The notes under the pieces are model-generated. The model saw only the letters and a program-made list of their open reading frames with translations. It did not search any database and was not told the DNA's origin. A stretch of DNA of 63,838 nucleotides, the filler included, from Thraustochytrium aureum (lineage: Eukaryota): assembly GCA_012862495.1 (NCBI GenBank). It is 8 parts of 3 records of this genome, joined end to end, with 100 filler letters (N's around TTAATTAATTAA, not from the genome) between each part and the next. Parts side by side here need not be neighbours in the genome. Positions count along the whole stretch, not along the records: positions 55,607 to 59,240 come from BLSG01000080.1; positions 59,341 to 60,986 come from BLSG01000082.1; positions 61,087 to 63,838 come from BLSG01000082.1; 5 more parts are not named here. One strand, written 5' to 3'. Both the position numbers and the translations under genes were made by a program. Numbering within the stretch: position 1 is the stretch's first letter; every line of letters starts with the position of its first letter. Below, piece by piece: positions 57,503-63,838 of this stretch.

Positions 57503-58723
57503 ATGTCGTCGGGGTCTGGGCTGCACGGCGGCGGCGGCGGCGGCGGTGCGGCTGCCGCTGTCAGGGTCAAGGAGGAGGCGGCTGATGAGGATGGCGAGGA
57601 AGAGCGGAACGACGACGAGGCGGGCGAGGGCGACGAGCAGGAGATTGAAGATACTGATGCCAGGCTCGCCGAGGAAGAGGCCGCGGCTGCGATCAGCGCC
57701 AAGCTGTACCTTATTCGCAGCTACTTGCAAAACTTGCGCGGGCATCCTTTTGTGAGCTTTTCCAGCCTGGCCGAGCAGCTCGACGTCGACTTGCACATGA
57801 ACGAGGAGGTGCTCGAGCGCCTCAAGACGAGCGACGGCATCGTTGTGGACGTGGCCGGGGAGCAACTCAAGTTTCAGCCGCGCGTCGACATCCACGACAT
57901 CCCCAGCCTGTTGACTGCGCTTGACAAGCACCCAGACGGCATCTCGATGGCAGATATTCTCGCAAGCGGGCCGCCCGACATCAAAGAGCAGGTCGAGGAG
58001 GCGGTCGTCTTGGGGATCGTCATCGCCATCCGCAACCGGCAAGCGACCGGGCTCGGCGCCTCCAACCTTGTCCTCTTTCCGCGCGGAAGGCCGTTCCTCG
58101 TGCCGCTCAGCGGCACATTCTCCTTCCAGCCAGGCAGCTGCAGGGTGACGAGCACCGCGGATGTGCGCAACGAGGTGCGGAGGGGGGATGCGCTGGTCAT
58201 TGGCGCAGATGGAGCGGAAGCGTACGAAGAGGGCAACTTGGAGGTTCTCAAGCGCCGATGCGTTCGGGTCTCGCTGGACCCGTCAGGGGCAAGGGAGGAG
58301 AACCCCGGTGTTCCGGCGATCATGGATAGTCTCGGCCGTCTCGCTGTGCCCTTCACTCGCGCCTCGGATGTGGAGCCTCGGTTGCCAAAGAGCGGCGAGT
58401 TCAAGCGCAACTTTAAAGAGACGCGTGTGCCGATCGCTCCTGCGTTCAACGGATCAGAGCCGATGGAGGGCGTGGTCGTTTGCCGGCACGGCGTTTCGAA
58501 CGACCTTCGCGCAGTGTGGCGCACCGCCTGCTCGAGGCACGCCTACCGCCCCAACGACAGGGCAGCGGTGGACCATTTGCTGCTCTTGCACAACCTGGTC
58601 AACGAGGAGTGGCTCGCGAAGGGCGGCGGCTCAGGTGTCAAAAAGCGCGCCTACACCAAGCAGAAGCGCCGCGGCGGCCGCCGCGTCACCAAGCTCACTA
58701 ACGCTCACCTCGACGACGTGTAG
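57503..58723 (+). CDS. GTF2E2: General transcription factor IIE beta subunit with large internal insertion
   Basis: Tandem winged helices (LKFQPRVDIHDIPSLLTALDKHPDGISMADI), VLFPR, VSNDLRAVWR, basic tail KRRGGRRVTKLTNAHL. Confidence 0.82.
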   Translation: MSSGSGLHGGGGGGGAAAAVRVKEEAADEDGEEERNDDEAGEGDEQEIEDTDARLAEEEAAAAISAKLYLIRSYLQNLRGHPFVSFSSLAEQLDVDLHMNEEVLERLKTSDGIVVDVAGEQLKFQPRVDIHDIPSLLTALDKHPDGISMADILASGPPDIKEQVEEAVVLGIVIAIRNRQATGLGASNLVLFPRGRPFLVPLSGTFSFQPGSCRVTSTADVRNEVRRGDALVIGADGAEAYEEGNLEVLKRRCVRVSLDPSGAREENPGVPAIMDSLGRLAVPFTRASDVEPRLPKSGEFKRNFKETRVPIAPAFNGSEPMEGVVVCRHGVSNDLRAVWRTACSRHAYRPNDRAAVDHLLLLHNLVNEEWLAKGGGSGVKKRAYTKQKRRGGRRVTKLTNAHLDDV

Positions 58724-59240
58724 CCAGAGACGGTTCGAACAGGGTCCTCACGCCGCTGAATGGTCGTGGCGCCCTGACGGTGACAACCAACGGTGGCGAG
58801 CTCGGTGGCGAGCTTGGTGGCAGCGCGCCGGGCCTGAAGCTGTTGGCCCGCGTCCCGAGGGCGAGCCTGCTCTCGTTCACGAAAGCGCTGGAGATCTCTC
58901 TACTAGCTAGAGCTAGATGAGATTACCTCATGAATTGGCGAGCGGCGCGCTCTCCCGGTCGGCAGTAGCGCCTTCTTCAAACTCGCCAGAGCGCGCAGGA
59001 GACCGCTGCGGGAGACAAGCAAATAACACAATTGCAATTAGATGCTAGGACCTCGTTTTGCGCCTGGGCGGCTCCGGCGCGACCACAGGCCCCAGGGCTC
59101 CAGTCTGGCTGAACCGGGAAATATCCAGATCCACGTCGTGCCGGCCACGCACGCCCGGCCACCCCTCCCAACCACCGACCCCTCACTCGCCCTCGTTCTC
59201 AAGCGGTGGCGCATTGTGAGCTGCAGACGATTGGCCGCCA

Positions 59241-59340
59241 NNNNNNNNNNNNNNNNNNNNNNNNNNNNNNNNNNNNNNNNNNNNTTAATTAATTAANNNN
59301 NNNNNNNNNNNNNNNNNNNNNNNNNNNNNNNNNNNNNNNN
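59241..59340. other. Artificial scaffold-joining spacer
   Basis: 44N-TTAATTAATTAA-44N. Confidence 0.97.
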
Positions 59341-59373
59341 GTGCGAGATAACAAGGTCGGTAGCGCCGTTTCA

Positions 59374-60954
59374 TTAAAGGGCTGGGGTCCTTTTCGGGTT
59401 GTGGAGCTGAGGCAGAGGCGATGCCGGGAACTTGTACTTCCACGAGTGCGTCTCCAGGGAGAAGTCGGTGTAGACGCCCATGTGCTTGTTGGCAGCGCAC
59501 TCGCTGGGGAAGGTGGCTGTGTTGCCGTCGTAGTCCATCTCCTTGAGAAGGCAGGAGCGCATCCTGTAGCGGATCGCGTAGTAGCGACTCTTGAGGTTGA
59601 AGAGCCAGGCAAACTTGGAGAAGGCCGACATGCGGTACTTGCCCTGCCAGACAACGAGCTCATCGGCTAGGCCCAAAAGGTAAAACTCCTGGAAAATGCC
59701 GATCGTCGAGTGGCGCAAGTCGTCGCTCTTGGTCTTGGAAATGTGCTCCGGCGGCGACATCAGGATGATCGTCTTGGAAGGGTACTCTTTGCGAAAGTAC
59801 TCGCGCAAGTTTTCATTGTCGCTGGCGACGATCCACTTGACCTCGCGACTGTCCCCCGCCTTGGCGCCCTCGCGAGCGACAAAATCGTCCACCCAGCCCA
59901 TGCACTCCTTCGTATAGCCCAGGCTGGTTTCTGCCACGCCGTTGGGGTGTTTCTTGGTCATGGCGCCGTCGCCCGTTCGATAGTGAAGGGCGATGGTCTG
60001 GAACTCACGCACGAACACGGCGAGCTCACGCAGCGTCGAGTCGTACACCTTGCCCTCGTAAAAGTATTGCACAGGTGAGTCGAGGAAGGAAGCGCGAGGC
60101 TCGAAGAACAACCTCATGGGGCACCCCGCCGTCTCGACCATCGTCGGCGCCTCGCCTTGAAACGACTCAATCTGGCGGCACCGGCGCGAGTTCGCACAGC
60201 CGCGGATCACCGTCGACTTGTCAACGAGGTCAAGGTCTTCGCCCGCAGCGCAAACGTCACTCACGCGCCGCGCAGCTGGGCAGCTCCGCTCAGTGCACTT
60301 TGGGCTGGACGGCTTGGTTGCTTGCTCTTCTCCGTCTATTGTGAGAATGCCGCGCATGAAGCACGAGGGCTCAAAGACTGCGTCGAGCGCTCTCCACTTG
60401 ATCACGACGCGCTTTTGCATCGTGAAGGCGTAGTGGAACGTGCTGACGAGGCCGGCGAGGCGGTCCCCACTGCCGGACCGCTGCTGCCACGCTACAACGC
60501 CTCCGGGATCTTCTGCGGCGCGCTTGCGCCACTGCTCGAGCCCGACCAGGTAGTACGAGCATCGGGACACGAGCCGCTTCTCCAGGGCGGGGTCGCTCCA
60601 GGATTGGCAGAGCACCTCTCGAGTCAGGTTTTCCGCCGCCCGGTGAGACTTGATCAGGTCCTCAAACGAGTCCAGCACTACCGGCGTCGCGAGGCCCTCG
60701 CCACCCTCTTTATCGTCAACCTCGTCGGGTCTCTCGTCCGCTTCCTCGTCTACTTTCCTCTCGGTTTGGAGGGAGAGGTGGAACACCTCCTGCGTGCCGC
60801 CTTTGCTCCATCTGTCGAACAGCATCGACCCGCTCATGTTGCTTGCCTTGCGAATCAGCCCATCGAATTCGAGGTCCTCGATGTTCCACAGAACCACCAG
60901 GAGCAGGCACACGGCGCCAATGCGCAGCGCCCGCGCCCTGTGCTGGCCCGACAT
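59374..60954 (-). CDS. Golgi type II membrane fucosyltransferase-like protein (GT11/23/37-type GDP-fucose motifs)
   Basis: N-terminal TM anchor; GSGDRLAGL, IALHYRTGD (motif I), IVASDN (II), EFYLLGLADELV...SAFS (III). Confidence 0.78.
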   Translation of the reverse strand: MSGQHRARALRIGAVCLLLVVLWNIEDLEFDGLIRKASNMSGSMLFDRWSKGGTQEVFHLSLQTERKVDEEADERPDEVDDKEGGEGLATPVVLDSFEDLIKSHRAAENLTREVLCQSWSDPALEKRLVSRCSYYLVGLEQWRKRAAEDPGGVVAWQQRSGSGDRLAGLVSTFHYAFTMQKRVVIKWRALDAVFEPSCFMRGILTIDGEEQATKPSSPKCTERSCPAARRVSDVCAAGEDLDLVDKSTVIRGCANSRRCRQIESFQGEAPTMVETAGCPMRLFFEPRASFLDSPVQYFYEGKVYDSTLRELAVFVREFQTIALHYRTGDGAMTKKHPNGVAETSLGYTKECMGWVDDFVAREGAKAGDSREVKWIVASDNENLREYFRKEYPSKTIILMSPPEHISKTKSDDLRHSTIGIFQEFYLLGLADELVVWQGKYRMSAFSKFAWLFNLKSRYYAIRYRMRSCLLKEMDYDGNTATFPSECAANKHMGVYTDFSLETHSWKYKFPASPLPQLHNPKRTPAL

Positions 60955-60986
60955 GTCGACCGCACTACTCTCCCTTTTCGTCCAAC

Positions 60987-61086
60987 NNNNNNNNNNNNNN
61001 NNNNNNNNNNNNNNNNNNNNNNNNNNNNNNTTAATTAATTAANNNNNNNNNNNNNNNNNNNNNNNNNNNNNNNNNNNNNNNNNNNN
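60987..61086. other. Artificial scaffold-joining spacer
   Basis: 44N-TTAATTAATTAA-44N. Confidence 0.97.
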
Positions 61087-61312
61087 CCGCTCGCAGGAGC
61101 GGCACGCGTCTTTTGGGGTGCGCCTCCCGTCTCTTTCAGAGCGTGCTACTCGCATACTACTAGTAGAAGCACCCGCGGGGCCATCTGCAGCTCCATGTGG
61201 TGGACCAACAGGCGGCGAAGGCCAGAACCCAATCCCAAGCAGACATTGCTCAATTTCAGTGAGCTCCAATCGACACCACAGCCTGCGAAAGCGGTCCGCG
61301 TAACGACAGATT

Positions 61313-62806
61313 ATGGCTAGTGAAAACGACGTGCCGTGGCCGGCGATCGTCCAGCTGCCGCGAACGATTGCCTTCCAGGCGCACAGGCTGATCGGCAAGC
61401 AGCAGGTGGAGGACGCGGAGAACCTTCTGCAAAGCAAAGTGTTTGCCGTCGAGAAGATCGACGGAACCAACCTCGGCATCGACTTGGATGGCACGCGATT
61501 CGGGCGCCGTCAGGTGATTACGACGCCTACCTACCAGCGCTGCTCGCTGGATTTCGCGTCGCAGGTCCGCGTCGCCGACGTGCTTGAGGAGCTGCGCTCG
61601 GCCGCAGACCTCGACGGGGCTCCCACGCCCACCGGCTTTCGCCTGTACGGTGAGCTCGGGTGCAACAAAGGCCTCTACAACTACTCCGACAAGGGTTTTG
61701 CAGGCTCATGGCGCTGCTTTGGCGCCGTTCTCCACTTCCGAAGCGANNNNNNNNNNNNNNNNNNNNNNNNNNNNNNNNNNNNNNNNNNNNNNNNNNNNNN
61801 NNNNNNNNNNNNNNNNNNNNNNNNNNNNNNNNNNNNNNNNNNNNNNNNNNNNNNNNNNNNNNNNNNNNNNNNNNNNNNNNNNNNNNNNNNNNNNNNNNNN
61901 NNNNNNNNNNNNNNNNNNNNNNNNNNNNNNNNNNNNNNNNNNNNNNNNNNNNNNNNNNNNNNNNNNNNNNNNNNNNNNNNNNNNNNNNNNNNNNNNNNNN
62001 NNNNNNNNNNNNNNNNCCCAAGTGATCGCCTCTCGCCAGAGGTGGGCCGAGGCGCTCGAGACCGCCGGTTTCACCATCTTCAAAAGGAAGCGCGAGTCGG
62101 CAAAGGAGGACAGCGACGAAGACGGGGGCAGCGCCGAGGAGGATAGCAATGCGCTCTTGATCATTATCCCCTCCTCGCCCGCGCTTTTTGCCATCCTAGA
62201 CAAGTGCGAGGTCCCGCATCCGCCCGCCGTCTTTCACGGCACGATGCTCGACCTAATCCTCTCGCAAAAGGAATGGATGACCTCTGGTGCCGGGGAAGGA
62301 CTCGTGGTCACCAACCTCGAGTCTCCTACGCGGCTCCCAGTTTTGCTCAAGTGGAAGCAGGGCCACGAGCCGCAGCCCAAAGACATCCAAGATGTTACCA
62401 AATTTCTCGCAACTCACGGTCTGGTGGTCACCGCGAGTGTGAGCGAGGCCTTCAAGCACCTGCATCAAGTGTCAACCACCACGCGAGAGCCCAACGCGGA
62501 ACCCGTCGCGCTGCCCAAGCCGCGCCTCGCGGAACTCGAAGCGGAGGTCGTGGAGGAGGCCATCCGCTCGGCGGCAACCAAGTTTGACAACCCCGAGGCC
62601 TACTTTGCGAAAGCCGAATCTACCAAGACAGCGCGAACAGAGGTCACGGCGCTCACTTGGCGGAGGCCCTGAGCGACCTTGGCGACCAAGTCGCAACGCC
62701 AGGAGCCCGCAACCAAGTTAAAGCTGCCATCAACCGCTACATCGGCAGTGCGTACGGCGAGTGGCGCCGCCAGGCCGCTAATGCGCTGGCGGCGACGGAG
62801 GAATAA
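61313..62806 (+). CDS. ATP-dependent RNA ligase, Rnl2-like; gap 61746-62016, apparent frameshift ~62658
   Basis: Nucleotidyltransferase motifs I EKIDGTN, Ia FGRR, III LYGELG, IIIa WRCFG, IV GEGLVV, V LLKWK. Helical C-terminal domain AIRSAATKFD...TALTLAEALSDL...YIGSAYGEW* after frame correction. Confidence 0.8.
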
Positions 62807-63680
62807 TAGGGGCAACAACGCGCTTGGCCTGCGTCTCGATCAAGGCCAGTCCGCAGGCACAGCAACACAGAAACAAAACGCGACCTCTAGAGGTACTTTC
62901 CCTGGCATTGTGCCCGTGCGGCGCAGTGTGGTCGCTTGCAAGCACCGCTTCCAACCCCGTTCGCGCGTTTCGCGCCACCGCAAAGCACGGATCTTCTCCC
63001 AGCCTTGAACAGGGTACTAGTTGGGTGGCCATGGGGGGGCGTGGGCGTTCCGCGGCAAGCGCCGCCCGAGCCGCCGCCCACCACGGCCACGACCGCATCC
63101 GCCCACGATTGGCGTCTCCGCGTCCCGCGCACGGCATCCACAAGGCGCGCGACTCGGTGCGCAAACCTTGAGTCCGCCACCACGCCGCTCCACACCGGAC
63201 CGAGACTCCCCTAAATATCCTCCGCATAATACTACGCTGTGTCTTGTGACGCCTCCGAAAAGATACGCCTTGCCGGGATCTTTCGAACGCAGTCGGCTAC
63301 AAGACAGCGCAGATGCATAAAAACAAAACAACTACGAATCGCGTGTTCCGGTGAGAGAAACTCCGCCAGGGGTTGGGCGCAGAGGGTTATTCGAGGACGG
63401 GGACCAGTGAAACGTTCGCTTGTTCGCATGCTTTTCGTTGAATGGGTGTTTTTTTGTTGGTTTGGTTTTGGACGCGGGACGCGAGAGGAGTGCGGCAGGC
63501 GAAACGGCAAAGCGAACGAACAGGCGCGCAAACAACTCGAGCGGAAGCCGAGGCCACAAGGACGGCGGAGCGGATTCTGCCACGAGACGAGCCCTGTTCA
63601 GTCGAACAAAACGTTTCTGGCTGCGGCAGTCCCTGGCTGCCAAAACCTCAACTACGGTGAACGCGCGCAAGAGACAGGCG

Positions 63681-63719
<39 letters not shown>
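63681..63719. repeat. (CCTG)n microsatellite, ~10 units
   Basis: Seen directly. Confidence 0.9.
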
Positions 63720-63720
<1 letters not shown>

Positions 63721-63838
63721 GGACGCTGTGCGCGGCAGCCCGTTGACTGCGGAACAAGCGGCGGCACCCGGCAGAGGATTGCGGGAGGAGCGCGATGGGG
63801 CGCCCCGGCGTGTTCGAAGCGTACGCAGATGCAGATGT

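Noticed and set aside
11260..61086. Seven identical TTAATTAATTAA palindromic elements
   Set aside because: Each is centred in exactly 44+44 Ns and gives stops in all six frames. They are assembly spacers, not biology, so gene adjacency across them is meaningless.
335..62660. Frameshifts in the M16 peptidase, orphan TF, LRR protein, TRAPPC2, NELF-A, ATPase, ACS and RNA ligase, read as pseudogenes or programmed frameshifting
   Set aside because: Most fall in short homopolymer runs or at gap edges, and they hit essential housekeeping genes. Pyrosequencing-type indel errors are the best explanation.
59374..62806. Divergent fucosyltransferase / RNA ligase pair as a functional module
   Set aside because: They are separated by an artificial spacer at 60987-61086.
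1..63838. Numerous long antisense/overlapping ORFs and ORFs inflated by X runs
   Set aside because: These are expected stop-poor shadows of high-GC coding sequence and N gaps.

Overview
GC-rich, gene-dense, nearly intron-less eukaryotic DNA. Gene content and architecture suggest a stramenopile, probably thraustochytrid/labyrinthulomycete-like (inference). The window is not one locus: eight scaffolds are joined by seven artificial 100-nt spacers (44N-TTAATTAATTAA-44N), and there are many internal N gaps and homopolymer-type frameshifts. About 30 genes can be supported: M16 peptidase, RPT3, amino-acid transporter, GET4, BAG6-like Ubl protein, PDZ-LRR protein, LPAAT, TRAPPC2, PITH protein, SPCS1, JmjC, UNC-45, ARL5, MRPL41, P2 ATPase, acetyl-CoA synthetase, UCP4-like carrier, TFIIE-beta, a fucosyltransferase and others. 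The most notable items are: a stand-alone phage-type Rnl2-like RNA ligase; an apparent NELF-A (Pol II pausing factor) orthologue; a putative novel Cys/His DNA-binding protein tail-to-tail with a TALE homeobox gene; adjacent GET4 and BAG6-like genes; a tandem pair of orphan receptor-like membrane proteins; and several apparently degenerate or altered active sites (VPS9, LCM methyltransferase, P-type ATPase). No rRNA, tRNA, CRISPR or clear transposon was seen. All family calls rest on motif recognition by eye; no database search was run.
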